64,000 bases of DNA from Cirrosporium novae-zelandiae (GCA_026023565.1 JAPETS010000020.1:496001-560000), one strand, 5' to 3'. Counted from the first letter of the stretch, positions 12,580 to 26,066 are shown. Notes: generated by a model from the sequence alone, not told the origin. Program-made: numbers and translations.

Positions 12580-13863
12580 CATTAAATCCATTTCTGTTGA
12601 GGATTGAGCCAGTGATTGACTGGTGAAAGGTTAAGAAGAAAATTGGATTATAGTGACAGACGCTGATTGGTAACACCGAGGAGTGGTGCTTTTGGTGGCA
12701 CAAAATGCTCAATTTATGCAACCTTGGATTCCAGTTATACTTGTTGCTGTACAAAAAGAACCCTATTGAATTATTCGTATGTTGAATAGCTTTATTGTGT
12801 TTATGAGTATTTTCCTAGCGATGTTCAAGCAAACCGAAACTTGGAATAAAACATATTTTTCTGTTTATATTCCCTTCAATAGTTTAGGAACGCAGTGTTG
12901 GCTAGTCTAGAAAAGCTGTCTGTTTCGCTTTTTATATGTATCCCAGATGTTGGTTTAACCACAGAGCTCTATTATGCGACAGACAATTCTACCTACACAG
13001 TACAAACACGTTGTGAGAAGATCTTCGGCTATGAATCTCAGAGGACTTAGTTAAAGGTGAACTTTGCTCTAACGTATGTTGCAATCAGTCTAGGAACAAT
13101 TCCCGAATCGTCGTCATAAGCTTCCAGCCCTATTAGGATTTTTAACATCTGACAACGTAAAAAATAGTGCTGCGGAGACAGGATAGCATCGATGCTTTCT
13201 AGCATCTATTGAAAGCCTCTGTTTTTCTGCGACATTACAAATCAGGCATCTTAATTATTACTGGCCCTGATAAATTATCATCCTCTTAAGGGAATATCTT
13301 AAGACTATCCAGCCCTGAGTTTTGTGTAACTCCACCGCAAAGCTGCATCATTCATATCAGATTGCATATTCAACCCGGGTCATGGCTCACTATTAGGATT
13401 TCATAAACCACTATGATAGGCTCCTGCTGCCAAAAGACCTGCATTACTAGAGTGTATGTATCCCAAGGAAGGGGATGCCGATCTTGCAGCGTTCCTTGTG
13501 TTACTGGTGGCTGGTATGACCCCTAGTTTCCCATCTATGAGATTTGGTTATCTTCCTTAGATGATGGAACGCATCAAAGCCTATCTTCTGGCATAGGATA
13601 ATGTCTTACCATGTCGCTTCAGATCTTCCCTTCTTGCTTGCTATTTTTCTATTTCCATTAATAATTATTCAGTGGCCTCGCCGATAAATTTCAGTGCTCC
13701 ACAAGCCCGTGCAATTCCGATGTGTTGAGACATCAATATTTTGTGGCTCAATTTTTAAGACTCTTGTGCGGAATCTGTGATTGAAAATATATATTCCTCG
13801 TCTTATTTCTTATTCCACCCTTTTATTAGCCCTTCTCACGCATCTAAGGATTTTGCTATCAAT

Positions 13864-15813
13864 ATGACCGAGAATCATTCTCCTAAGTGTTTAGAGGATA
13901 TTAAAATAGTGGATGGTCATGCTGTTCCTTTGAATACTGAAACGCAGTCTTTCGCGGATAGGGATGATCAGGAAATGGCATATATGGGAAAGAAACAGCA
14001 ATTAAAAGTATCCGGTCTCACCTACGGATATTGGATTATAGCTGACACTATTAGCGGAATTTTCGCTTCCTAGGTATCCTTGGGTTGTCCTCTACAATTA
14101 TGATTACCTGGGAAGGGATGTTTAGGTTGGTCCAAGGTCATCGAGAAGGGAGCAAACAGTCTAATTCTATGACAGTGTCTTCATATACGGCCTAGAAGAT
14201 GGAGGACCTGGCGGCTTGATATACGGGTTTCTTTTTGTATGGGCGGGTTATATGGCCGTTTGCGCGTCGATGGCTGAAATGACTTCAATGCAAGTAGCAT
14301 ACATTTTTGATAACATAAGCTTTCTGATTATTAACATAGGTATCCTACCGCTGGAGGACAATACCACTGGACATATATTCTTGCGCCTGCACCCTGGAAC
14401 AAATTCTCAAGTTACATCACAGGTATAAGTGATGGGTCTCACCACTTAAGGATCTGTACTCACATTCACCAGGATGGCAGTCAGTCATTGCATGGGAAGC
14501 ATGCCTTGCAAGTGGAACATATCTTGCAGGAACCATGATTCAAGGTCTCATCGTGCTGAACTATCCAGACTATGTCTTTCAACGCTGGCATGGAACCCTC
14601 TTAATCTATGCCGTCGCACTTTTCGCATTGTTCTTCAATACATATGTGGAACATCATCTCCCCAAGATTGAAGGAGTCATCTTAATTCTCCATATCGGTG
14701 GCTTCTTTGCTGTCCTTATCCCCTTAGTCTACCTGGCTCCTCACAGTTCCGCCGACGACGTCTTTGCAAAGTTCTTGACAATGGGTGGCTATGACATGGG
14801 TTTGTCCTGGTTCGTGGGTCTTTTAACTCCCGTGAGTAGAATTACTCTTTCATTTCGAAGAACCGTCACTGACAAGCTACAAGATTTTTGCCTTTGTGGT
14901 AAGATTTTAACAACATCTATTCCATTCTGAGACAGCTGCTAAACCTAGGTAGGGAGCTGACGGCGCTATGCACATGTGTGAAGAGGTCAAGGACGCTTCT
15001 ACTGTTGTTCCTAATAGCTTAATGGCTAGCATCGGCCTAAATGGCATTCTCGGATTTGCAATGCTAATCGCAGTGCTATTCTGTATCGGAGACATCAATA
15101 CTGCCCTTAATACACCTACCGGATACCCATATCTCGAGATCTTCACACAAGCAACTAACTCTATTGCCGGCGCAACTGCGATGGCATCTCTTATTGTAGC
15201 CCTAGTGATCTTTGCTTGTATTTCCATCCTCGCCTCAGCTTCTCGTATAATGTGGGCCTTAGCTCGAGATCAAGGTCTTCCCGGGTCGCATACTCTCTCA
15301 AAGGTAAGGTTTTCATCCGAGATTTCTTTTGCCATGTTCCTAACGACCTGATAGATTGAGCCTACCACTAAACTACCACTTTGGTCACTTACTACTACCA
15401 CCGCAATCACTCTCCTACTTGGTCTTATTAATATCGGTTCAGCCACTGCATTCAATGCCATTGTTTCTGTGGTTGTTGCTGGCTATCTAGGCTCTTACAT
15501 TCTTCCCATCAGTCTCTTCCTCTATCGCCGTCTTCATGATCCCAAATCTATGCGATGGGGACCCTGGACCCTTGGCCGCTGGGGGGCTGCCATCAATATA
15601 TTCTCGCTCATGTTCACGCTTATAGTTATGGTATTTAGCTTTTTCCCGACCGCAGTGCCGGTAACCCCAGAGTCGATGAATTGGAGTGTTTTATTATGGG
15701 GTGGAACCAACATGTTTGGAATATTGTTTTATGTTTTTTACCAGCGACAATATTATCATGGGCCGATTATAGAAATAACTCTAGAAGAGGTGGTTCGGGA
15801 CAAGTTAGTCTGA
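13864..15813 (+). CDS. APC-superfamily amino acid/choline/GABA-type permease
   Basis: Spliced motifs GGPGGLIYGF, SMAEMTSM|YPTAGGQYHW, GADGAMHMCEEVKDA, SRIMWALARDQGLPGS, GPWTLGRWG. Multiple introns including one GC-AG (14290-14339) and a 15-nt exon (14884-14898). Confidence 0.9.
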
Positions 15814-15957
15814 TGAAACGGGATGTAAGAGGCGGTCATGGTTATGGTATGGACAAGTTTGTAGATACTTTAGACGTATTGGTATTGGGTAATTTTAGTA
15901 ATTAGCCCGTAAATTGTTTCGGAATCCGAACATAACGACGCACAAGCCACGGCCCGT

Positions 15958-15999
15958 GATAAGTAGATAAACAACGGGTTAACGGCTTATCTAATTATC
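15958..15999. promoter_or_regulatory. Inverted repeat carrying four GATAA motifs upstream of BTN1
   Basis: GATAAGTAGATAA-N16-TTATCTAATTATC (13-bp arms, 1 mismatch), about 200 bp before the ATG. Confidence 0.45.
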
Positions 16000-16196
16000 C
16001 ACTCTTCTTTCGCAGCCGGACCCTTTCTTCAGACCGACACCCTTCTCGTGACGCGCAAGTCGCTCACAAGATATCAATTTCCCTTGGAAGATCATTTTTC
16101 TAACTATGCACCGTCTATACCCTCGGATCATTCAAAACTTTTTGGTTGTCTCCAAGGCTTCCTGAATCTATTTGGGAATACCCGTCCTCCTTAAGT

Positions 16197-17754
16197 ATGA
16201 CCATCCTACCACTTCCTTGCTCTCCTTCCTCATCTTGGGCGATGTACAGAGAACGCCTTCGCGCAATCTTTAATGGGGCCGATCCTAGAGTCTGCACGGC
16301 ATTCTGGCTTTTTGGTATGGCGCTAAATCCATTCCTTGAGGTATACAACTAACACTTGGCAGGTTTGATCAATAATGTGCTTTATGTCGTAATCCTTTCT
16401 GCTGCCTTGGATCTTGTCGGTCCCGATATCCCCAAGGGTGCCGTACTGCTGGCAGACGTGATTCCTTCTTTCCTTACCAAGCTTTGTGCGCCATATTTCA
16501 TCGGCGTAATTCCATATGCTACTCGAATACCATTACTTGTCGCATCATCGACTTTGGGGATGACTGTGATCGCGCTTTCTCCTGCAAACACTGATGGATC
16601 TACTGTATCAAGTAAGGTGGCCGGGATAATACTGGCGAGCTTGAGTAGTGGAGGAGGTGAGCTGAGCTTTCTTGGCCTGACCCATTTCTATGGCCCTTTC
16701 AGCTTAGCAGCCTGGGGTAGTGGCACGGGTGGGGCTGGATTAATTGGAGCAGGAGTTTACGGTGGGTTTTGAGATACTAGTTTTCATTTCAACTGTTGAC
16801 TTTCTTCCCTTTAGCCTTTGCGACGACTACCCTTGGACTAGGTGTCAGAGCAACGCTCCTTGCGTCAGCGTTCCTACCGTTAATTATGCTCTTATCGTTC
16901 TTCGTCATACTACCACGTGCACCATTAGCACACCAAGCATCCAAAAAAATAGATTTTGAGGAAGATTCCGATCCAGAACCACTGTTCCCCGAAGCCACAG
17001 AAACCGTGGAGGATGACCCAGACCGATACCACGAGGAAAGTTCATTGATGGCTCAGAGTACACCCGCGCCCAGAAGTATTACTTCCGCTCAAGTAAATGA
17101 AGATCCCTGGGCAAGCTTCAAACATAACCTAGGACGGAGCCGCAAACTCTTTTTCCCTTAGTATGTTCTCTTTACTACCTAATATTGAACCATAATGGAT
17201 ATGGCAATCTTGCAGTTGATGATTCTGGCGCTAATATTCCTAATAGCATGCTTCCTCTTCTCCTGGTTTACGTCGCGGAATATTCCATCAATCAAGGAGT
17301 AGCCACTACACTGCTATTCCCTCTTGACCAAACTCCATTCAAGCATTACCGAGGATTCTATCCCACTTACAATGCCATATATCAGGCTGGAGTTTTCATC
17401 TCCCGCTCATCTACTCCATTTTTCCGTGTCCATCATCTTTACATCCCATCTTTCCTTCAGATTGCAAATCTGACACTCCTAATTCTTCAATCTTTGTTCA
17501 ACTTCATACCAAATGTTTACTTTATCTTCCTTATCATCTTCTGGGAAGGTCTTCTCGGTGGCCTGGTATATGTGAACACGTTTGCGGAGATAACGGATCA
17601 TATTCCCAAGGAAGATAGGGAATTCTCTCTAGGTGCAACCAGTGTCAGCGACTCTGGAGGTATCTGCATAGCCGGGTTTGTGGGAATAGCTCTAGAGGTC
17701 TCTCTCTGCAAATGGCAGGTGCTCCATGGAAGAGACTGGTGCACAAGAATTTAA
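16197..17754 (+). CDS. BTN1: Battenin/CLN3-family vacuolar membrane protein
   Basis: [83 protein letters not shown]; three introns. Confidence 0.95.
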
Positions 17755-18047
17755 TGAATAGAGACATATATAAAGTAGCAACGGTAATAAATTGCTGTTT
17801 ACCATGCTCTCAGCAAACAATAATGGTCTTATCTCATCGGTGAGGGGCCATTTGGCGAACTACTTTTAATTATTGTGAAGTTCTGCTTTCGAAAGTACGT
17901 CACCGGGAGTTTCCATTTCCTTATCAGGCCGACGATTGGCCGACCCTAGCTAGCAATCTGTACAGTACTTTGTGCCTTGGTACTGGGTACGAACAATTGT
18001 CTCCAACATCAATTCCGACCACCTGTACCCAGGGTGCATTTAATAAA

Positions 18048-18958
18048 ATGGCTCTCCACATTAAAAGCCGTATCGTTGACCTCTCCAGTCTACTCGTCCT
18101 TCCCGTTATTAGTTCATTCTGTATGGTCGCAACTACATTCCCAAGCTTAATGAAGCTATACGATGCGCTGACCATTTGTATACAGTCCTTGTATTCACCC
18201 TCATAAGCCATCCACTTCTTTTCATCCTCGACCGCTCCAAATTTTGCGATGCCTGGTTTAGTGCCTTCTGGGCACGGATGGGCCCTAAAATGGCTACCAA
18301 CGCCACCCTCCTTGCTCCCATCAGCTCCACGCTCTCGTCCGCTCGTGGTATCACCCTCGAACTCGGCCCCGGTGCCGGTGATCAAGCATTCCATTATAAG
18401 CCTGCCCTGAAGGCAGGACAGATTACACACATGTACGGAGGAGAGCCGAACCGGGGCTTGCACGATAAGCTCCTGCTAAACGCGAAAGAAGCGGGGTTCG
18501 GGTCAGAGGAATATGGGATGGTGCCATACACAGCGCTGGAATGCGGTGCGGAGCCTGAATCTCTGCTGCCCGCTTTACAGAAAGCAGGATTGCTACCAAT
18601 GGATTGGAAGGCCGGGAGCGAAGGCATTTTCGATACCATTATCACATGCAAATCGCTATGCTCGATGCCCCAGAAATATCTACCGGACACCCTGCTCGTC
18701 TTTCAGGCGCTGTTGAAGCCTGGTGGGCAGTACTTGTTTCTCGAGCATGTTGCGAATTCCTATGATAAGGGAGCGGAAACCATCCAGACAGTTTTGGGGT
18801 TGGTATGGCCGGTATTCTTGGGGGGGTGTCGGTTGGATGGGCCGCTGGAGAGGTATGCGAAGAGGATGGGTGGTTGGAGTAGTGTGGAGGTGGGAGGTAT
18901 CGAGGGACAGGGTGAGTGGGAGGTTATTAGGTTTGTGAAGGGTGTGTGTAGGAAGTAA
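18048..18958 (+). CDS. Class I SAM-dependent methyltransferase (METTL7-like) with hydrophobic N-terminus
   Basis: Motif I TLELGPGAG, FDTIITCKSLCS, LLKPGGQYLFLEHVA. ATG 18048 joined in frame by intron 18121-18185. Confidence 0.85.
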
Positions 18959-19492
18959 ATCGGGGAAGATGATGGGTAGGTACCCAGGCATTATCTACTG
19001 CGTGCATCAGTTGTATTGTACTTCTGAAGGAACACTGGAACATGGTTGGGCAGGATTAACTTCTGCAAGATTAGGTTGTTCCGATATCATATCATCATGA
19101 TTCAAGTGGGATGGACAACTACAACTATCAGCAGCAGCGCAGTGACATTGGAGCTGAGTTCATCTGAACACAGAGCTACATTATTCCCCTTCACATATAG
19201 AGAAAAGAAAAAAAAATCAATCTCAAATCGGTCATTCTAATTTCATAATAGATATAGCATCGTCATCATCATCATCTCATCCGTTATCACTCCTAATCCT
19301 GTATAACCAACCCTTCCTCTCCCAAACCGAACCCTCAATCAACCAACTAACCCCATCCCCTATACATAAACAAGACCGAGCCTAATCCCACATTTCCATA
19401 CCTATATCCATATATCTCAACTCCATTCGATCTTTCGTGCCCATCCATCAAAGGCTCACACAAACCCTCTCACCAGCCTTTCTGTCATCGCT

Positions 19493-19667
19493 CTAAACCG
19501 GGCATGTCTACATATAACCAATTAGCCCTTCAACTCATTCTTAGGGGGAGGAGAAAAGAAGAGAAAAGAAGATAAAAAGTACTTACAGCACCGCATCCAG
19601 AACAAGTCTTAGTTCCACTCGACATGGCAGCTCCGCACTTGGGGCAGTTACCGTTATGTCCGGACAT
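19493..19667 (-). CDS. 31-aa cysteine-rich micro-protein (zinc-ribbon/metallothionein-like): MSGHNGNCPKCGAAMSSGTKTCSGCGATCPV
   Basis: ATG in A-rich context. Exon 19587-19667 (27 codons); intron 19508-19586 with GTAAGT donor, GCTAAT branch and TAG acceptor; exon 19493-19507 (TCPV*). Confidence 0.8.
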
Positions 19668-21493
19668 TTTTTTTTAGCTTTTTGAAAAGGATATCTAAGA
19701 CTTCTTTTTCTTTTGTGTTTTGTTTGTTTGGAATTTTCTTTGAGGGTTGATTTGATTGTTGGTGAGGGTGAGGGTGAGAGTGAGAGTGAGAGTAGGTAGG
19801 AGGGGTAGAAGAGGGATGGGGGAGAGATAAATACTACCTTACTTTACCCTTAGAATTAGTAGGGTGCTGATAGGGTGGGTTTGGGTGAGTTGGATCGGCC
19901 CGCTTTTTTATCCAAGGGACCCGCGTGATGTTTCTTTTGGCTTTTGGTAGGGCTGACTGGTAGGCGGTCTTTCTTTGGGTGTGGTGGGTGTAGTTAAGTC
20001 GGTCAGTCAACCTTCCATATAATTCGAAGCAAAGCAAAAGTAATTGGCTACAACTATTCGCTTTTTATTGAATGGATTGCCATGGTTCCTGTAATATACC
20101 AATTATATATTTTCCTTATCATACTATTTTACTTCTGATATACATGTACCTCTAAGTAAGTAAGTAACATAACAAACTTCCGTCCTTTTCCCTTCCCTCT
20201 ATCCCCTTTTCTATAATTTTATATCAAGTATTACTATTATTATTCTTTTTCAACTATGAGAATAAATAAATGTCTTTATTATTATCATCATTATCATTAG
20301 GCTTACCATTAATTATAACAATGGAGAAAAGAATATCAAGGAATGAATAGGGGAGTTTTTTTTTTATGATTTTGACTCGAAACGTTGCCTGAGCTTTTCA
20401 ATTTTCCTGTCTATGATATTATTTCTAGCCAAATCCTCTTTGATCTATCTTTGTCTTGTTATTTACATATATTGTCATAATAAAATATTCAATGCTACAT
20501 TAACCCTTAGAATTTGAACATCTTTTCCCGTGATGAGAACACTATGGATTTTTGTTCCGCTAAAGAACACCCTAGATTAATGTCGAGAACAAACCCTACG
20601 ATGAAAGAAAGAAGCATTTATAATCTTCTTGATAACATGGAAAGGCTATTGTTTCTCAGATTTCCCTACCAATATCCAAATCCACAGGGCCTGCAGGACT
20701 CCCTCAGCGATGGAATGAATTACTACCCACCACAGTTCCAGCCAGCCATGACTACAGCCTGAAGGTCCTGCTTAGGGGGGGGCTGAAGGGATAGAGGGTA
20801 TGTCTGTCTTGGACGCGTTCATGGGTTAGGTGAAAGGGTGGTGAGGCAGCTTTAAAGAAGCAGAACTCACAGTGGTATATTTGGTTGAAATTCTAAAGCG
20901 AGAAGATCTTTGCTTGTACATGTACATGTACACTCTCTAGAACAATTTCCCAAAAGACCCTCTTCTAGGAAGCTAATGGATGGTCATGCCTGAACCTGGA
21001 ACCCAAGGAGATTAAACCGATGGAAGGGACCTTTCCTTACATATATATGTATATATATTTAGATATAGTAAGTAATTATCATGTCTTTGGTTTGTGAAGT
21101 GGGCCAGCATCTACATCCTGATCTATGTGATTTATGTGATATCCGTTTCCTTGTAAGAATTCTTTGCGAACATGTTTGAATGGTATATGATTCCGACAAC
21201 TTTTTTAAGGGAGGTTGGGATGGATTGAATGTCGTATAGCTGGCTGAGAAAGCGTGAGAAGAATTAAAGCTGGACTGTGGATGTAAATATCTGCTTGGAA
21301 ATGATAGCCTTTGGATTGGAAGTTGGAATTTGTTGTGGATATTTTATGTTTGTTCAGTTTGCTCATAATTCTCCGGGGCCATCTCAGTCCGACAATGGCC
21401 GGTCTAGATATCATGCGACGCCAGCAACTTCATATAAACTTAACTAGTAGTAAATATAATATTGATCTCTTCCTCACTTTCCAATCCTCCATC

Positions 21494-22603
21494 ATGTCAG
21501 CTCCCCGCTCTCTCCTCTCTAGAAACCTACTCCGCTCCCAATCATCATGGCTTTGTACTTCATGCGCCCGCCGCTCCCTAGCCAGGAAACCGAATCTCCC
21601 AGCTCTTGAGCGTAGCATTTCCTCCAATCCTAACCCCCCCTCCAATGGCTCGCCGAAAGACGCTGCAGCACGGTCGGATCTACATCAGCAACAACATCAC
21701 CAACCACCAACATGGGAAGAATTGAGAGCGCCGTTCAAGGAGAAGAATAGAACAGGCCTGTATGCCGTAGTCCCTTCCTACCCTCTCCACAGTGCCAGAA
21801 AGAAATAATAGCTAATCCATGCATTTACCTACTCCTCTTAGCTATTATACCCTCAGCATAATCCTCGGCACCGTTGCTCTCTCTTACGGTTCAGTACCTC
21901 TATATAAAATGGTACTGTTGAAAATTCCTCCCCCGGCCCGCCGTTCCGGGACCCCGCCCAATTGACCCTTCCTCCTCAATTAACAATTCCCACAGATCTG
22001 CCAAACCACCGGCTGGGGCGGCCAACCGATCAAATCCTCCACCCACACCTCATCCCCCGACCGTCTGTCCCCCGTAACCGACGCCCCGCGCCTGCGAATC
22101 ACCTTCAACGGCTCCGTCTCCGACGTCCTCCCCTGGAAATTCATCCCCCAGCAGCGCGAGGTGCGCGTCCTGCCCGGTGAAACGGCCCTGGCCTTCTACA
22201 CCGCAACCAACAAGTCCCCCACAGATGACATCATTGGCGTGGCCACATACTCGGTCACCCCGGGGCAGGTGGCGCCGTACTTTAGCAAAATCCAATGCTT
22301 CTGTTTTGAGGAGCAGAGGCTGAATGCCGGGGAGACGGTGGATATGCCCGTTTTCTTCTTCATTGATCCCGAGTTTTCCAAGGATCCTAATATGAAGGGC
22401 ATTGAGACCATTACCCTGAGCTATACATTTTTTAGTGAGTTGCAAGACCCCCGATCATTCTTAAGTCCCCCTGATGGAATGTTTTTAAAAGCTCCTTTTT
22501 GGGCTTAGGAGATCATTAGCTAACGTAGGCGCGCTCACCATTTATAGAAGCCCGGTACGACAAGCACGGAAATCTATCACCAATTCCGGGAACGGTGGTC
22601 TGA
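21494..22603 (+). CDS. COX11: Cytochrome c oxidase copper chaperone Cox11/CtaG
   Basis: YGSVPLYKM|ICQTTGWGG, LPWKFIPQQREVRVLPGETALAFY, YFSKIQCFCFEEQ (CFCF copper motif), ITLSYTFF; three introns. Confidence 0.96.
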
Positions 22604-23168
22604 ATTGCCCCTCCCCCCCACCCAACACCTTTCATATCCCCATGTAAATATTCCTCTGATTCTAACCCACAACATACCCCCCAAAATTTCCCGGCGCAAT
22701 TTGGTTCACGGCAACATGATATGTACATATACCTACCTACCTACCTACCTAGGTACCTATCTAGGAATTCCAAAAAAAAAATTTGAATATGAGGAGAATT
22801 TCCCCCCTTCTACTCTTATTGTACGTATGAGAAAAGAAATACTATTGTTCGAGGAAGTACCTTTCTTTGTCTCTCTTGAGACTCGAAAAAAATAGTCATG
22901 GGTTTATTATCATGTTTGATTTTTTTTTTTTTTTCGTTTGATCCTCAGTTCTATTTTATGGATGAGCTTAAAAGTGAATGAGGGGTGTTTGGTTAATTAT
23001 GTTGCATTTTGTACACACCACATCGCGTGTATGTGACATATGCAATTCACAGATCAATAGAATTCCTGCAACTGCACTTTCTACAGTGCATGATACCCTA
23101 ATCTCACAAGTCCTTGACGTTAACTACGTGGGAGTGGAATAATCGATGGGACACCAAAAATTCCAAAA

Positions 23169-25172
23169 TCAACCAACGATGGTCCGCCTAGCCCGCTTCC
23201 AGAAGCTTATATCTTCGATATCATTATCAGCATGATTTCCCTGGCTGTTGAGCCAATCTCTCCGTCCGCTGACCAGATCCGCCTCGTGGGGCTTGATGAA
23301 TTTTGTTTCTGGTGGATATGTTAAAAAGAAATTTTATTTTTTGGTTTGGGTTAAACTTACTATGCCAAAATTTCCAGCCTAGATAAAAGATTATAAATAA
23401 TGGGATGACTAGGTAGAAGAAAACGAAGTCGACGGGGGCGAATGGGGCCAGAAGGGTTGTGTATCCTTGGATAAATACTAGGAATATGTTGATTATGACT
23501 AGCGCCCATGGGATGTAGGGGAATAAGACAGATCTAAAGGGGAGGACCTCAGTTGAAATTCCCTGTGCGGTCATTGCTTTCCGCATGCGCAAATGAGTCA
23601 GCCCGATAAACGCCCATGCAATGAAGGCGGCTGCGCCGGAGATGTCAAGGAGGTATCCGAATACCGTGCCGGCGGAGGAGGAAATGTTCAGCAGAGCGAT
23701 GAGGCCGCAGGTGGAGGTGAAGAGGATGGCATTGGCTGGAACACCACGGCTTGTGGTTTTCCCGAGGAAGGCAGGCGCGCGTCCAACAGCAGCGTGTGCG
23801 CAGAGGGTGCGGCTACCGATGTAGATGGAGCTGTTGATAGCGGAGAGGACGGTGATGACGATGATGGTGTTGATGAGATTGCCTGCGCCCGCCCAGCCAG
23901 CACGTTCGAGCGCGATTGTGAAGGGGGCCGATGCGGTTTTGGAATCCGCGTTAAGAAGTTCGTCCGAGTCCGAGGGGCAGATTATTCCGACGAAGAAGAT
24001 CATGCCCATGTAGACGATGATGATGCGCCAGAAGGTTTGGCGGAGGGCTTTAGGCAGGTCCCGTTTTGGGTTGCGGGATTCTCCTGCTGTGATAGCTACC
24101 GCTTCGGTACCGGAATACATGACAGCGGCCAGAACGAGAACTTTTCCGAAGCCATTGATGCCATTTACGAAGGGGTCCGGGTTTACCCAGTACCGGAATC
24201 CGATATAATCGCCGCCGATTCCTCCAGTGTCGATGAGACTGGTCATGTTAGTATCGGGAAAGGCCTATTGCCAAGAAATTATTGAGAGGAAAACCGTACA
24301 TTGCAACCAGATACAGGGCAATGATGATGAAGAATTTGAAGCTGGCAAGCCAGAACTCCATCTCCCCGTACACAAGGACCCCAAGTAGAGAAGTGCAGGT
24401 GAAGAAAACCCAGCAAATCAGGATCCAACCCCAGTTGGGTATTGCAGTTGTCCAGTATTGCAAAATGAGAGCAGTACCATTGTACTCATTTGCTAATATT
24501 GTGACCTGGTGTTCTGTCAGTGCATATTTTGACCTAGGATGTCGAAGACAGGTGGCATAGCTCGAGTTGCAGTTCTGAGAAAGCATCTCAAGGCTACTCC
24601 TAACCTATAGAGTTCAAATTGAGACTTTCTAATGAAGTTTGAATTCCATAAATATCAGAAGACTCGTGAAATATTGCCCCAAAACTCCAGCTACGAGTTG
24701 TATCATTCAATCCGAGTTATTGGGGATATCCTAACCCACATGAACCTATTCACTTGGTTACTCCGCGTTACGGCATATAACCAGTTTGCTTCACATACCA
24801 GTAATTCCAACCAAGAGCAAATGAAAGTGCCGGATCCACAAAACGTCCTGCAAATTCATTGAAGGAACCTGTCGATGGGAATAGAGTTGCCATTTCCCCA
24901 AGAGACTGGGTCACGAAGAAGACATCGATACCAATAATGGCGTATCCGATTAAGGCTCCTATAGGACCCGAGTATTGCAGAGCATAGCCGGTCGCATAAA
25001 ACGTTCCAGGTCCAACGACTCCACCCAGGGCAATCATCTGAAGATGGCGGGACTTGAGAGCGCGGCGGACCCCATTGTCGATAGTATTGCCGTCGACGGG
25101 AACAATCTCCCCGCTGTCAACATCCTGGTCAGGCCGCCTTTCTGTAACGGCTGTTCCCTTCTTGACATTCAT
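23169..25172 (-). CDS. YAT-family amino acid permease
   Basis: LKSRHLQMIALGGVVGPG, SLGEMATLFP, FAGRFVDPALSFALGWNYW, YGEMEFW, YSGTEAVAITAGES-NP. Spliced C-terminus TKFIKPHEADLVSGRR...IVG*. Includes a 10-nt exon at 24736-24745. Confidence 0.93.
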
Positions 25173-26066
25173 GGCGATTGAAGATCAAGGGACTTCTTGG
25201 AATAAATTTGAGATATCCATTAGTGCAATTGGCAAATGATATTTCAATTAAAACCATGGGTCGCCAAGGAGTTTGATAGCATGATGGAAGAATCGTTATC
25301 TCGCGCGGTACTCCGAAGGAACTGGCTTCGGGCTGCTTCTTCAAAGCCCGTCCAACTGGCATATCTAGAAGATCTTGTGAATCAAGAGAGCATATCTAGT
25401 AGCGTTGATACCTTATGCTCTTTAGTGGGTTTAACCTCGAATTCCTCTCATCTCCTGGCTAATTACCCAATTAGATTGAAATCATGTAAATAATTGTTTA
25501 GTCTAGGTACTGTAGAGAAGAAGATTATGGGCAGGTTATCTATCTGGTCACGTGCTATCATGTTTGCTTTGTTTGCCTCGTCAGTATAGGGCCTGAGGCG
25601 CACTTCTAATTATATGCCTAGGGAATCAGCTACTACGCTCAAGTTAACCAAAGAAATATCTACAGAATAAAATATGTTTATGTTCTACATCATGTTCTCC
25701 TCCAAGACCTCATTCCATATAGTTTAAGCCATCAATGGCCGACACTTCATTTCGTCTCAGCGCTGTGTATGGATTAATACATCACAGTCAAGAAGCTGTA
25801 TGGCCGCACAATAACTAGAAGGTCGCATGCTATATATATATCCTTTCAATCAAACTCTTTCTATTCTATTTTTCCTTGAGTTCTTGTTTAAAAGTTGGCA
25901 AATTCCTATTTAATAGGAGAAAAAAAAAGAAAATTCTAATATAACCAACTAAAACAAGCAAGCATTTAAATCACATTCCCCTTTGCCATAGGCCATGGCT
26001 ATATCAGGCCCCCTCTCCCCCAAATACCCAGTTCTATTCTCCTTACCCAGCTTAATCACTCAAGTC

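Noticed and set aside
23593..24285. 230-aa + strand ORF and similar antisense ORFs over CDSs
   Set aside because: Shadow frames of real genes on the opposite strand.
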